Of a stretch of DNA of 64,000 bases, positions 38,610 to 49,234 are shown one piece after another. The DNA comes from Deferrisomatales bacterium (GTDB taxonomy: Bacteria > Desulfobacterota > Deferrisomatia > Deferrisomatales > JACRMM01): positions 58,788-122,787 of the forward strand of contig JAWSUI010000006.1 in NCBI GenBank assembly GCA_033551855.1. Direction: 5' to 3'. How positions within the stretch are numbered: the first letter of the stretch is position 1; each line of letters starts with the position of its first letter. The position numbers and the translations under genes are program-made. Under the pieces are notes generated by a model. That model had not been told where the DNA came from. It searched no databases and worked only from the letters and a program-made list of their open reading frames with translations.

Positions 38610-39473
38610 TCAGGGCCGAAAGCCTTCGAAGATTTCCCCGATCGCCTCGGCACCGAGCGGTGGGAGTTCGGCCAGGGGCCGGTCCGAGATCTCCTCCCGG
38701 AAACGGCTCCCGAAGGTGGGGCGCGGGTTCGCGCGGTAGAGGACGCCGATGGGCAAACGGTCGCCCCACTCCCGGGTCCGGGCCAGAGCAGCCTCCGGGT
38801 TTCCGGGGTCGTGGTCTGCCCCCAGCTTGACCACCCGCTCCTTGTACCAGCCGACCGGATGCCGGTCCCAGGTGATGCACGGCTGGATCACGTCCACGAC
38901 CGAGAACCCCGGGTGCTGGATCGCCTGCACCAGGAGGTCGGTCAGGTGGTCGGGGTCTGCCGCGAACCCGCGGGCCACGAAGGTGCAGCCGTGGAGGACC
39001 GCGATGCCGAGCGGGTTGAGAGGATCGGCCTCCGTGCCCTGGAACTGGATGCTGCGGGGCTCCCCTCGCGGGGTGGTGGGGGAGCCCTGTCCCTTGGTGA
39101 GGGCATAGATCCGGTTGTCGTGAACCACCATGGTCAGGTTGGGGTTGCGCCGCAGCGCGTGCAGAAAGTGGTTGCCGCCCTCGCCGTAGCAGTCTCCCTC
39201 CCCCGAGACCACCACGGTGGTCAGGCCCGGGTTGGCCGCGGCGATGGCCGTGGCCACGGGCAGGGCGCGGCCGTGGAGGCCGTTGAAGAAGTTGGCCTTG
39301 ACGTAGTGGGGAAGCTTGGCGGCCTGACCGATCCCCGAGACCAGGCAAAGCCGGTGGGGCTCGACTTCGAGCCGTTCCAGGGCCGAGCAAAAGGCCTTGA
39401 GAATGGAAAAGTTCGGGCATCCGGGGCACCACTGAACCTCGGCGTCGGTTCGGAACCGGTCGGCGTCAGCCAT
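38610..39473 (-). CDS. 2-oxoacid:ferredoxin oxidoreductase beta subunit
   Basis: WCPGCPNF, VSGIGQ, LHGRALP, GEGDCYGEGGNH, DNRIYALTKGQ.SPT, QPCIT. Confidence 0.92.
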   Translation of the reverse strand: MADADRFRTDAEVQWCPGCPNFSILKAFCSALERLEVEPHRLCLVSGIGQAAKLPHYVKANFFNGLHGRALPVATAIAAANPGLTTVVVSGEGDCYGEGGNHFLHALRRNPNLTMVVHDNRIYALTKGQGSPTTPRGEPRSIQFQGTEADPLNPLGIAVLHGCTFVARGFAADPDHLTDLLVQAIQHPGFSVVDVIQPCITWDRHPVGWYKERVVKLGADHDPGNPEAALARTREWGDRLPIGVLYRANPRPTFGSRFREEISDRPLAELPPLGAEAIGEIFEGFRP

Positions 39474-41136
39474 GGAACTGGCTCCGAATGACCTCGGCAG
39501 TGAGCGGCAGGCCATCGTACCGGCTCACCCGGCCCTGGAACTCCACCGGGTACTCCGAGCGCAGCAGCCGGGCAAGCTGACCTGTCGCGTTGCTCTCCAC
39601 CGTCCAGTAGCGCTTTCCCTCTGGAAACCGGTACTCGGGGAGCGGCCAGAGCTCGGTGAAGTGGATCCGACCGGCGGCCACGCCGTCTCGCCGGAGAAGC
39701 TCCACGGCCTCCCGAACGGCCTCCCGGCTCGAACCCCAACCCACCAACACGTGCTCCGCCGCCTCCACGCCGACCTCTTCGGGCCGTCGGACCGCGCTCC
39801 GCAGGCCGTCGAGCTTGGCCAGCCGCTTTTCCATCATGGGCAGCGCCGTGCCCGCGAGGTCCTCGGTGATGTGCCCGGCTTCGTCGTGCTCGTCGCTGTC
39901 CGCGGCCACCAGGTGCTCGCTCTGCCCCGGGTAGAGCCGCGGGGAGACCCCACCAGCGGCAAAGCGGTAGCGCCGGTAGTCTTCGAACTCCGCCGGGTCG
40001 GCCAGGTGGGACTCCGGTGAGGACCGGCCGAGTTCCAAATCTTCCACCGAGAACAGGGACTCGGCGAGGAGTTGATCGGTGAGGAGGATCACCGGAACCT
40101 GGAAGCGGTCTGCCAGATTGAAGGCCCGCACGGTCTGGTGGAAGGCGTCCACCGGGTCCGAAGGAGCCAGCACGACCTTGGGGAACTCCCCGTGGCCCGC
40201 GTGGACGGCGAAGAGGAGGTCGCCTTGGGAGGTGCGGGTGGGCAGGCCGGTGGCAGGGCCCGGCCGCTGGGCCAGGGTCACCACCAAGGGCGTCTCGGTC
40301 ATCCCCGCCAGGCTCAGAGCCTCGACCATCAGGGCAAACCCGCCTCCCGAGGTGGCGGTCATGGACCGAGCCCCCGCGTAGCTCGCGCCAATGGCCATGT
40401 TCACGGCGGCGATCTCGTCCTCGGCCTGCTCCACGAACACTCCCAGCCGCTCCTGCTCCCGAGCGAGGTACGTGATGATGCTGGTGGAAGGGCTCATGGG
40501 GTAGGCGCTCAGGAACCGACACCCGGCTCGCGCGGCTCCCAGGGCCAGGGAGGTATGCCCATCCACGAGGAAATAGCGATCTTTCCGCCGGGGGAGCTCC
40601 CAGGGGCAGCGGTCCCCGCAACGCTCCTGCGCAAGCCGTCGGCCCGCCTCGACCGCTTCCCGATTGGCCTGGAGCACCTCTTCTCCCTTGCTGCCGAAGC
40701 GTCGCTCCAGCGCGCGGTCCAGGCACTCCGAGGCCAAACCGACCGCGGCTGCCAGAAAGCCCACGGCCACGGTATTGGCGTAGAGCTTCTTCCCCAGTTC
40801 CTCCTCCGCGATCTGGGCGAAGGGTACGGCAAGGGCTCCGCCTTCGCCCTCCGTGGGGGTCACGAGTAGGCCCCCCTCCCTGACGAGGGGGCGATATTTG
40901 CCGGCCGCGTCGTCGTTGAGGGCGAGCAGGAGGTCGGCCTGCTCGAGCGGTGCGTTTCGGGCCCGCTCGCCGATGCGAAGGGAGAAGCGGCTGTGACCTC
41001 CGCGGATCCGCGACTCGAGCTCCTGCCAGGCGAAGACCGCGTACCCCTGGGCTGCCACCGCCTCGGCCAGCAGGCCGCCGATCACCTGGATGCCTTCGCC
41101 AGCCGCGCCGACCAACACCAGGTTGATGTCCTCCAC
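39466..41136 (-). CDS. 2-oxoacid:ferredoxin oxidoreductase alpha subunit (gamma-alpha fusion)
   Basis: GAGGAG RBS, GTG start; GAAGEG, ESRIRGGHS, AYPMSPST, QAEDEIAA, TATSGGG, QRPGPATG. Confidence 0.92.
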   Translation of the reverse strand: MEDINLVLVGAAGEGIQVIGGLLAEAVAAQGYAVFAWQELESRIRGGHSRFSLRIGERARNAPLEQADLLLALNDDAAGKYRPLVREGGLLVTPTEGEGGALAVPFAQIAEEELGKKLYANTVAVGFLAAAVGLASECLDRALERRFGSKGEEVLQANREAVEAGRRLAQERCGDRCPWELPRRKDRYFLVDGHTSLALGAARAGCRFLSAYPMSPSTSIITYLAREQERLGVFVEQAEDEIAAVNMAIGASYAGARSMTATSGGGFALMVEALSLAGMTETPLVVTLAQRPGPATGLPTRTSQGDLLFAVHAGHGEFPKVVLAPSDPVDAFHQTVRAFNLADRFQVPVILLTDQLLAESLFSVEDLELGRSSPESHLADPAEFEDYRRYRFAAGGVSPRLYPGQSEHLVAADSDEHDEAGHITEDLAGTALPMMEKRLAKLDGLRSAVRRPEEVGVEAAEHVLVGWGSSREAVREAVELLRRDGVAAGRIHFTELWPLPEYRFPEGKRYWTVESNATGQLARLLRSEYPVEFQGRVSRYDGLPLTAEVIRSQFHG

Positions 41137-41331
41137 GGTGCTCCTCTGCTTTACCTCCTTGGTCCTTCGCCGCAGCTCACCCGCCCCATCCTGGCCCGGC
41201 CCAGCCCATGCACCTACCAGTGGTGGCAGGTCTTCCCCGTCCAGCCGACCCGGCGGGATGACCATCCCCGAGGAGGGGTGGGGGTGGGCGTGGCGCGGAT
41301 CCTGGGTCCGACGCCCCGGCAATCAGGCCCC

Positions 41332-41448
41332 TCACTGCTTCTTCATGGGTTCCCCGCAACAGACCAGCTCTCCGTCGCCGGCCTCCAGAACCTTGACCTT
41401 GTTTCCGCAGATCTCGCACAGATAGGTTTCGCCTACCTTCGTAGCCAT
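41332..41448 (-). CDS. Desulforedoxin (stand-alone Fe(Cys)4 protein); absent from ORF track
   Basis: [46 protein letters not shown], CxxC...CC motif. Confidence 0.92.
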   Translation of the reverse strand: MATKVGETYLCEICGNKVKVLEAGDGELVCCGEPMKKQ

Positions 41449-41531
41449 GGATCTTCTCCTCTGCCTCGCTGGTCGAGGGGTACGGGCGGCCAGTTCGTGG
41501 CCGCGCATTCTCTTCGCGGATGGGATCTCCG

Positions 41532-41819
41532 CTACGTTCTCGATCGCTCCTGCGCCCGCAGGTGGTCGACTTCGGCCTCCGCCTCGAGCCAGTCCTGCTC
41601 GGGGCTGCCCCCGACAAAACCACGGCTCTCGGCCCGAACGTACGCGGCCTGGCGAATCAGCGCCTCCCGGTCCGCCGGCTGGGTTCCCGCCGGGGCTGGG
41701 GCAGGCCGGACCTCCGTTCCTCCTCGGCTCCCGACGGATTTTCGCGCCCGCGTAGCCCGCTTTCTCCTCGCCGGGGCTTCAGCCTCCTCCGGCCCGATCC
41801 TTCTCTTTGCCGCTGTCAT
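41532..41819 (-). CDS. DUF2934 domain protein
   Basis: [30 protein letters not shown]; start at MTAAKRR inferred. Confidence 0.85.
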   Translation of the reverse strand: MTAAKRRIGPEEAEAPARRKRATRARKSVGSRGGTEVRPAPAPAGTQPADREALIRQAAYVRAESRGFVGGSPEQDWLEAEAEVDHLRAQERSRT

Positions 41820-42278
41820 ATTCCACTCCGCTGAGGGAAGGTGTGATTGGTGGACGGGAGCCGACACCGGGGACCAGGGTCGGTGCGAGAGGGTCGGACC
41901 GCGGCGATGGTCAGCCTGCCCTCCCGTGGCCCCGTTCGGCCTCCCATCCGCTGGAGACCCTACACCCAGCCGCTGCATTGTCCACCTTCTCCGACGAAAA
42001 ATCACCGAGAAGGCAGGTAAAATACCTGACCGGCCCCTCCGCACGACGGGAGCTACGAAGGTCGGGGCTGCGACGGGCCGATTCATCGTCTCGGAACAGC
42101 CAGGGCGCCGGGTGCCACTTTGAGGACGGTCAGCGGGCCGAAATGGAGCTGCGCCGGGGTGGGGCCGGGTCGAGCAGCGCTCCTGACCGTGTTTGGCTGC
42201 CGAGGGGAAGGAGTGAAGGGTTGTCCTCCGGCGGGCGGGCACGGATCCGTCCGGGGGGCCAGGGCCCGAGGGACGGTG

Positions 42279-42306
42279 TTGACACCCCCTTCGATCTTGC
42301 TAGCCT
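42279..42306 (+). promoter_or_regulatory. Putative sigma70 promoter
   Basis: TTGACA-N16-TAGCCT with extended -10 TG, 40 nt before ATG 42347. Confidence 0.6.
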
Positions 42307-42346
42307 CACCTGCGTTGGTTTTCCGCTCAGCAACCGAGGAGGCCAC

Positions 42347-42769
42347 ATGCGCGACAAGCGAAATCTCCACCTGAAGGTCCAGGAACTGGCCGACTGCTAC
42401 AAGGGCACCGACCCGCTCAAGGAGATGTGTCTCGTGGCCAAGGATGCAGACCCCGACGAGGCCGCCCTCAAGTGGATCGCCCTGGCCGTGCTCCACGGGG
42501 TCAACAGCAACGCCAAGAGGCTCTGTCTCCAGGTCGGCGCCGATGGCGAAGCCGCGGTCACCGCCGAGTACCGCAAGGGGAGGCTGCCCTCCCCCGGTGG
42601 CACGGTGGCGAAGAAGGCCGTGGAGGCACTGCGGCAGATCACCCACTTCGAGAAGGACAAGGAGAGCGGCCCCCTGGCCGTTGGATGGGGCAACGAGAGC
42701 CTGGAGCTGCGGGTGAAGGTAAGGCGCAACGACAAGCGCGATATCGTGGAGATCGAGTTCCCTAGATAG
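42347..42769 (+). CDS. Hypothetical protein (140 aa)
   Basis: GAGGAGG RBS; strongly biased codon use; MRDKRNLHLKVQELADCY... Confidence 0.75.
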   Translation: MRDKRNLHLKVQELADCYKGTDPLKEMCLVAKDADPDEAALKWIALAVLHGVNSNAKRLCLQVGADGEAAVTAEYRKGRLPSPGGTVAKKAVEALRQITHFEKDKESGPLAVGWGNESLELRVKVRRNDKRDIVEIEFPR

Positions 42770-42969
42770 GCTCGGGCACCGCCAGGGACGGCCCAGCACC
42801 CCCGGACGCGTGTTGAGCGATTTTGTCCGAGAGGAACTCTGCCTGGCAGGTCTTGAACAGGTCGGGGAGGAGGTCGTCGATCCGCTGGCGGTCCCGCTCT
42901 CGGAAGGCGAGAGTCATGACGTAGGACGCCGGGAGCAGGACCCGCTCCCCGACGGCGTGACCACCGTGC

Positions 42970-43197
42970 ATCCGCAGGGCCACCTCCCGCTTGCGCGCCA
43001 CGCTCCAGCGCTGCCCCGGTGCCAGGGGAACCACCACCGCCGCGCCGCTCGCCGGGGTCACTCCGGTCGGCCTACGGCCTCCCTGCGTTCCCCCGGCGCC
43101 CCCTTCCTCAGGCTTGCTCTCTTCTCTCATGTCGTCCGCCTCCTTGGTCACAGTTCCTTACCGGAAATCCGTGTCCAAGAAAACCGGCGCCGCCGCA
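42970..43197 (-). mobile_element. IS3-family remnant: left IR plus start of orfA
   Basis: Reverse strand TGCGGCGGCGCCGGTTTTCTTGGACAC resembles an IS3 left IR; peptide GGRRPTG...GQRWSVARKREVALR breaks off. Confidence 0.55.
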
Positions 43198-43337
43198 GCA
43201 CTTGCACCAGCCCACCGGCAAACCGTGCCCGGTGGTACGGGGACACGATGGTGCGCTCGGCCAGATCCGCGAACCATCGCACGGGTTCGCGGAGTCGAGA
43301 AAGGACTCGTCTTGATCGGCAAGCACAGGATCGGAGC

Positions 43338-44465
43338 TCATGAGGACCCCTCGACCTTCTCATCCACGCGGCCCCGAAGGCGGAGCACCTCCTTCAGGAT
43401 CGTGAGATCTTCTCGAGCCCGAACGACGAGGACGCGAACCCGAGACGCCGGTGCGGCGACGTCGTGGTCGGCGTTGCTCGGCGCGTGCGCATCTTCGGGG
43501 AGCTCGAGTCCAGCAAACCGGAGGGCGCGCGTTGCATCCCGGCGAACGCGAGCGCTGTTCTCTCCGATACCTCCCGTGAACACGACCGCGTCCACACCTC
43601 CGAGAACGGCCGCCATCGCGCCCAGGGCCCGACGAAGGGAAAGGACGAAGCGCTCATAGGCGAGCTGCGCGCGCGACGAGCCTCCATCCGCGGCCTCGAG
43701 GACCTCCCTCAGATCTCCGGAGATGCCGGACACTCCGCGAAGTCCGGAACGCTTCGTCAGAGTTTTGCGGAGCTCGTCAACGCCCACTTCGCAATGCTGC
43801 TGGAGGTAGAGAAGGACTCCCGGATCGACCGAGCCCGAGCGCGTGGCCATCATCAAGCCCTCGAGCGGTGAAAACCCCATGGTGGTGTCGACCGACCGGC
43901 CGGCTTCGACCGCCGTGACCGAGCAGCCGCCGCCAAGATGACAGACGATGAGGCGCGAGGGAGGGGCGCCGAGAAGGTCGGTCGTTCGCTCGACCGCGTA
44001 TGCCACGCTGAGCCCGTGGAAGCCGAAGCGGCGAAGGCCCCACCGCTCCGCCCATTCGAACGGCAGGCCGTAGCCGGCTGCTGCCTCCGGCAGGGTCGCG
44101 TGAAACGCGGTGTCGAACGCCGCGACTTGCGGAACCGTGGGAAAAGCGGCACTGACCGCGTCGATTCCCGCGAGCGAGGCATGCATGTGCTCGGGGTCGA
44201 GATCGGAAAGTGCCGTGAGCCCTTCACGAATGCTCTCGTCGATGACGACGGCCTCGCGGAAGCGCGTGCCCCCGTGCACCACCCGGTGACCCGCGGCGTC
44301 GAACGTGGGCGCTTGTTCGAGCGCGGCCCGGAGCTGATCCGCGCGGGCGGCGCTGTCCTCCGCCGCCCACGGCTCGCTCCCGCCGGCGAGGACCGTCTTG
44401 TCGGCAGCAAGCACCGTCCACTTCACGCTGCTCGATCCGGTGTTGAGGACCAACACGCGCGTCAT
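43338..44465 (-). CDS. ackA: Acetate/propionate kinase
   Basis: VLNTGSSSVK, GHRVVHGG, FDTAFH, RFGFHGLS, HLGGGCS, TMGFSPLEG, TRSGSVDP, FTGGIGEN. Confidence 0.93.
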   Translation of the reverse strand: MTRVLVLNTGSSSVKWTVLAADKTVLAGGSEPWAAEDSAARADQLRAALEQAPTFDAAGHRVVHGGTRFREAVVIDESIREGLTALSDLDPEHMHASLAGIDAVSAAFPTVPQVAAFDTAFHATLPEAAAGYGLPFEWAERWGLRRFGFHGLSVAYAVERTTDLLGAPPSRLIVCHLGGGCSVTAVEAGRSVDTTMGFSPLEGLMMATRSGSVDPGVLLYLQQHCEVGVDELRKTLTKRSGLRGVSGISGDLREVLEAADGGSSRAQLAYERFVLSLRRALGAMAAVLGGVDAVVFTGGIGENSARVRRDATRALRFAGLELPEDAHAPSNADHDVAAPASRVRVLVVRAREDLTILKEVLRLRGRVDEKVEGSS

Positions 44466-44499
44466 GGCGTGCCCGCACTCGCGTGACCTGCTCGCGTGC

Positions 44500-45834
44500 T
44501 CATAGCCAACCTCCATGAAACCCCGCGGCCCGAAGTCCGCCCGCGATGTACTGGCATTTTCGCGTGAGCTGCCACAGCAAGCCGCTGCGATAATTTTCGA
44601 TCATCAAAATGATCGGTCCCTGGTTGAGCCCATAGTGCCACGGTGAGACCCACCAGCCGTAGGGATTGCCGACCGGTCCGGGGTGGGTCGGATTGAAGGA
44701 CGCCTTGAATCCGTACGAGTTGAATAAGGCCAACTTGGCCTGATGAATACAGTGGTGTAGAGCGGGCAACACGAGCTCGGGTGCAAATGGCAGTGATGCC
44801 ACCAACGCCCACGGCGCAAGGGTGCCGTCGTCGGGGCCGTACGGCACCCCGCGCGCCAGGTAATTGAAGAACTGGCGCTCGATGCCGTCTATCGCCATGG
44901 TGTCCGGACCGGGGCCGTCGCTAGCGGTAATGCCCCAGCAATGAGGGCCGTAGTCCTTGAAGTCGAGCGGGTTATCGATCGCGTACTGTTGTTGCACGTA
45001 GGTGGCACGGCGGCTGTTCTCGAAATAGTCGATGCCTTTGTCACGCATGAAAGCGTCCTGGATTCCACGAAAGTCAATCCAGACAGGGGAGAGCTGATGG
45101 GTAAATAGCGGGCCAGCGTACAGATACTCCTGTCCGTAATGGCGTTCCCACCGGTACGTGGAGGTCCACACCGCGTAGCTCTCTTCGGGCAGCGGATACG
45201 TCGGCGAGCCGAGCCCCAGGACATACAGCAGCAGCGCTTCGTCGTAGCCTTCCCACCGAGAGTCGAGGAAGCCGCTCTCTGGCCTCCAACCGTGCGTCAC
45301 CGTCGCCCCATGGTTTTGCGCCCACTGCCAATCGGCGCGGCGATACAGCGCATCGCCGAGGTCGCGGATTTCGCGCTCGGCGGGCGTCTCGGCATCGAAA
45401 TACGTCCCGGCCGTCAACGCGCCGGCCAGCAAGAAGGCGCTATCCACCGTCGACAGCTCGCACTGCCAGGCGCGACGGCCGGTCTGCATGTCGAGAAAGT
45501 GATAGTAGAAGCCGTGGTAGCCGGTGGCGTCGGGCTCGGGGCCTTGCCGGCTGTTCCAGAAGAATCGCAACGTCGCGAGCGTGCGTTCCTCTGCGGCGGA
45601 GCGCGAGATGAAGCCGCGCTCCACGCCGACCGGATACGCCGCCAAGGCAAGGCCGGTAGCCGCGATACTCGCTGGCCAATCCTCCGCGGTCTTGTCGATC
45701 ACCAGGCCGTTGGCGGGATTCGTCTCATGTAAGAAGTATCCAAAGGTGTCACGCTGCAGTTTGTCCAGGTCGGCATCGATCCCCGGTGTCTCGTCGCTCA
45801 TGGCCGCTTGCGGCTTGCTGACCTGTTCAATCAC
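44500..45834 (-). CDS. GH144-like (glucoamylase-family) endo-beta-1,2-glucanase, no signal peptide
   Basis: LQRDTFGYF..ETNP.NGLV, SIAATG, GFYYHFLD, ELSTVDSA, GYDEA, GPLFTHQ, WGITASD, DDGT.AP. Confidence 0.75.
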   Translation of the reverse strand: MIEQVSKPQAAMSDETPGIDADLDKLQRDTFGYFLHETNPANGLVIDKTAEDWPASIAATGLALAAYPVGVERGFISRSAAEERTLATLRFFWNSRQGPEPDATGYHGFYYHFLDMQTGRRAWQCELSTVDSAFLLAGALTAGTYFDAETPAEREIRDLGDALYRRADWQWAQNHGATVTHGWRPESGFLDSRWEGYDEALLLYVLGLGSPTYPLPEESYAVWTSTYRWERHYGQEYLYAGPLFTHQLSPVWIDFRGIQDAFMRDKGIDYFENSRRATYVQQQYAIDNPLDFKDYGPHCWGITASDGPGPDTMAIDGIERQFFNYLARGVPYGPDDGTLAPWALVASLPFAPELVLPALHHCIHQAKLALFNSYGFKASFNPTHPGPVGNPYGWWVSPWHYGLNQGPIILMIENYRSGLLWQLTRKCQYIAGGLRAAGFHGGWL

Positions 45835-46436
45835 TTCGCACCCGCGGTCGCCGCGACGCGGCCATTCCAGACGTGGATGACAGGCTCGGTGAGATCGTGA
45901 TCGTATCCAAGGACGCTCAGCGACGCGGTCGCGAGCAGCAGGCGGCGCCCTTCGATCGGCGCAAGCCCGATCCAGCGGGCGCCAAGAATCCGCAGGGCTT
46001 CACGATGGCCGAAGAGGAGGACATTGCCGCCGCGTGCGCGAAGGCGACCGATGACGCGGTCGGCACGCGCGCCGACGGCCGCGAGCGTCTCGCCGCCCGG
46101 GCTGCCGTCGCGGAGAAGGCGCCAGCCGGGGCGCTCGACCTCGATATCGACCGTACGTCTACCCTCGTAGGCGCCGTGGTCCCATTCCAGCAGATCGTCG
46201 TCCTCCTCGACGTGAGCATGCGGCATCGCCAGCTCGGCCGTGCGCCATGCGCGCCGCAGCGGACTGGAGAATATGCGATCGAAGCTCAGCGCGGTGAGGC
46301 TCGGCCCGAGCTCGCGCGCCTGCCGCTCGCCTTCCTCGGTCAGTGGAAGATCGGTGCGGCCGGTGTGCTGTTCTGTCAGCGTCCACGCGGTCTCGCCGTG
46401 GCGCACGATGTATACCATCGGCAGCGCCTGGTTCAT
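45831..46436 (-). CDS. Histidine phosphatase family protein
   Basis: VRHGET, SSPLRRA, EWDHG.YEG, PGGE. Confidence 0.9.
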   Translation of the reverse strand: MNQALPMVYIVRHGETAWTLTEQHTGRTDLPLTEEGERQARELGPSLTALSFDRIFSSPLRRAWRTAELAMPHAHVEEDDDLLEWDHGAYEGRRTVDIEVERPGWRLLRDGSPGGETLAAVGARADRVIGRLRARGGNVLLFGHREALRILGARWIGLAPIEGRRLLLATASLSVLGYDHDLTEPVIHVWNGRVAATAGAK

Positions 46437-48823
46437 GTCGCTCTCCCGTCTGCGGCGCGTCTCGCGTCCCAGCGCCAGTCGCGGATTTCCGGCATGTCCT
46501 GACCGTATTGGTCGATGTATCGCTTGTGCTCGATCCGCTTGTCCTTGAGCGCCTGCTTCAGGGCGATGCCTCTGGTCCCGGTCTGCGGCACGCGGTCGAT
46601 GACGTCCATGACGAGATGGAAGCGGTCCATGTCGTTGAGCACCGTCATGTCGAAGGGCGTGGTGATGGTGCCCTCCTCTTTGTAGCCGCGGACGTGGATG
46701 TTCTCGTGGTTGGTGCGGCGGTAGGTCAGCCGGTGGATCAACCACGGGTAGGCGTGGAAGGCGAAGATGACCGGCCTGTCCTTGGTGAAGAGCTCGTCGA
46801 AGTCGGTGTCGCTGAGCCCGTGCGGGTGCTCGGATTGCGGCTGGAGTCTCATGAGGTCGACGACGTTGACCACGCGGATTTTCAGGTCCGGAAGGTGCTC
46901 GCGCATGATGGAGACGGCGGCGAGCGTCTCCAGCGTGGGTACATCGCCGCAGCAGACCATGACCACGTCGGGCAGAGTTCCCTGGTCGTTGCTGGCCCAC
47001 TGCCAGATGCCGATGCCGGCGGTGCAGTGCTTGACGGCGGCGTCCATCGTCAGCCACTGCGGGGCCGGGTGCTTGCCCGCGATCACGAGGTTCACGTAGT
47101 GGCGGCTGCGCAGGCAGTGGTCCATCACCGAGAGCAGACAGTTTGCGTCCGGCGGAAAGTAGGCTCGCACCACCTCCGCCTTCTTGTTCACGACGAGGTC
47201 GACGAAGCCGGGATCTTGGTGCGTGAACCCGTTGTGGTCCTGACGCCAGACGTGCGAAGCCAGGAGGTAGTTCAACGAGGCGATCTTGCTCCGCCACGGC
47301 AGATCGGCCGTGACCGTCAGCCACTTGGCGTGCTGGTTGAACATCGAATCGACGATGTGGATGAACGCCTCGTAGGAGTTGAAGACCCCGTGCCGCCCCG
47401 TGAGCAGGTAGCCCTCGAGCCAGCCCTCGCATTGGTGCTCGCTGAGCATCGAGTCGAGCACGCGTCCGGTCGGCGCGAGAAACTCGTCGTTCGGCAAGGT
47501 CGCGGCGTCCCATTGACGATTGGTCACCTCGAAGACGGCTCCGAGGCCGTTGGAGACCGTCTCGTCCGGCCCGAAGATCCGAAAGTTTCGCTGCTCACTG
47601 TTGAGCTTCGCCACATCGCGCAGGAAAGGCCCAAGCACGCGCGTGTCGCCGATGCCGTGCTCCCCGGGTGTGGGCACGTCGGCCGCGTACTCGCGGAAAT
47701 CCGGCATCCGCAGATCCTGGAGCAGCACGCCGCCGTTGGCGTGCGGATTCTTGCCCATGCGTCGCTGCCCCTCGGGCGCGAGCTCGGCCAGCTCCGGCTT
47801 CAGGCGGCCCCGCTCGTCGAAGAGCTCCTCTGGCCTGTAGCTCCTCAGCCAAGCATCGAGCAGCTCGAGGTGTTCGGGATGGGCGCGTGGGTGGAGCGGA
47901 ACCTGATGCGCACGGAAGGTGCCTTCCACCTGCAAGCCATCAACTACCTTGGGCCCCGTCCAGCCCTTGGGTGAGTTGAGGATGATCATCGGCCAGCGCG
48001 GACGGCTGAGGTTGCCGCGAACCCGGGCGTCCTCCCGGATCGCCTTGATGTGCTCGACGGCGGTGTCGAGCGCCCCTGCCATCGCCTCGTGCATCAGCTC
48101 GGGCTCGTCTCCTTCGACGAAGAGAGGCGTCCATCCGTAGCCGCGGAAGAGCTGCTCCAACTCCTCTCGCGTGATGCGGGCGAGGAGCGTCGGGTTGGCG
48201 ATCTTGTAGCCGTTGAGGTGCAGGATCGGCAGCACGGCGCCGTCGGTGGCCGGGTCGAGAAACTTGTTGGAATGCCACGCCGTCGCGAGCGGCCCCGTCT
48301 CCGCCTCGCCGTCGCCGACGACGCAGGCGACGACGAGCTCCGGGTTGTCGAACACGGCCCCGAACGAGTGGCTGAGCGAATAGCCCAGCTCGCCGCCCTC
48401 GTGGATCGAGCCCGGGCACTCCGGCGATGCGTGGCTGGGAATGCCTCCCGGAAACGAGAACTGGAGAAAGAGCTTCTGCAGCCCGGCCTCATCCTGGCTG
48501 ATGTCGGGATAGATCTCGCTGTAGGTGCCCTCGAGGTACGTGTTGGCCACGACGGCCGGGCCGCCGTGCCCGGGGCCGGAGACGTAGATCATGTCGAGGT
48601 CGTATTTCTTGATGACCCGGTTCAAGTGCACGTAGATGAAGTTCTGCCCGGGGGTCGTGCCCCAGTGCCCGAGCAGCATGTGCTTCACATCCGCGAGCGT
48701 CAGCGGCCGCCTGAGCAGCGGATTGTCGAAGAGATAGATTTGGCCCACCGACAGGTAGTTGGAGGCGCGCCAGTAGGCGTCCATCCTGTGGAGCAATTCC
48801 GGAGTAAGGGTGTTGGTGGTCAT
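46433..48823 (-). CDS. xfp: Phosphoketolase (XFP family)
   Basis: [62 protein letters not shown]. Confidence 0.95.
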   Translation of the reverse strand: MTTNTLTPELLHRMDAYWRASNYLSVGQIYLFDNPLLRRPLTLADVKHMLLGHWGTTPGQNFIYVHLNRVIKKYDLDMIYVSGPGHGGPAVVANTYLEGTYSEIYPDISQDEAGLQKLFLQFSFPGGIPSHASPECPGSIHEGGELGYSLSHSFGAVFDNPELVVACVVGDGEAETGPLATAWHSNKFLDPATDGAVLPILHLNGYKIANPTLLARITREELEQLFRGYGWTPLFVEGDEPELMHEAMAGALDTAVEHIKAIREDARVRGNLSRPRWPMIILNSPKGWTGPKVVDGLQVEGTFRAHQVPLHPRAHPEHLELLDAWLRSYRPEELFDERGRLKPELAELAPEGQRRMGKNPHANGGVLLQDLRMPDFREYAADVPTPGEHGIGDTRVLGPFLRDVAKLNSEQRNFRIFGPDETVSNGLGAVFEVTNRQWDAATLPNDEFLAPTGRVLDSMLSEHQCEGWLEGYLLTGRHGVFNSYEAFIHIVDSMFNQHAKWLTVTADLPWRSKIASLNYLLASHVWRQDHNGFTHQDPGFVDLVVNKKAEVVRAYFPPDANCLLSVMDHCLRSRHYVNLVIAGKHPAPQWLTMDAAVKHCTAGIGIWQWASNDQGTLPDVVMVCCGDVPTLETLAAVSIMREHLPDLKIRVVNVVDLMRLQPQSEHPHGLSDTDFDELFTKDRPVIFAFHAYPWLIHRLTYRRTNHENIHVRGYKEEGTITTPFDMTVLNDMDRFHLVMDVIDRVPQTGTRGIALKQALKDKRIEHKRYIDQYGQDMPEIRDWRWDARRAADGRAT

Positions 48824-49130
48824 GGTTGATGTCTCCTGTATGGGCCGAGGTTGAGGACGCGGGCGACCGACCTGGCGATTATGAGCGCCTCGTCGGTATG
48901 GATGACCCGCACCCCGATGCGACCGTCGTCTGGCAAAATCAGCGCTGCATTTTTCGCATTGCGCTGCGGGTCCAGTTCGATGCCGAGAAAGCCAAACTCG
49001 GAGCAGATGCGCGCCCGGACCAGCGGTGCGTTTTCGCCGATGCCGCCTGCGAACACCAGCGTGTCCATCCCACCCAACGCCGCCGCGAATGCGCCGATCT
49101 GATAGGCAAAACAGCGCAACTGCTGCACCG
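48820..49130 (-). pseudogene. Acetate kinase C-terminal relic (frameshifted)
   Basis: AVALFC / [33 protein letters not shown]...[14 protein letters not shown]; first ~290 aa absent. Confidence 0.85.
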
Positions 49131-49234
49131 TCAACGGCTTCGGGCGATGCGTCTGAGGCGGCCATTTGCGTTGATAATCGCGACATCCGTATGCAGCAGG
49201 CCGTATAGCGGCTGGCTGACATGTGTTTCATTTC

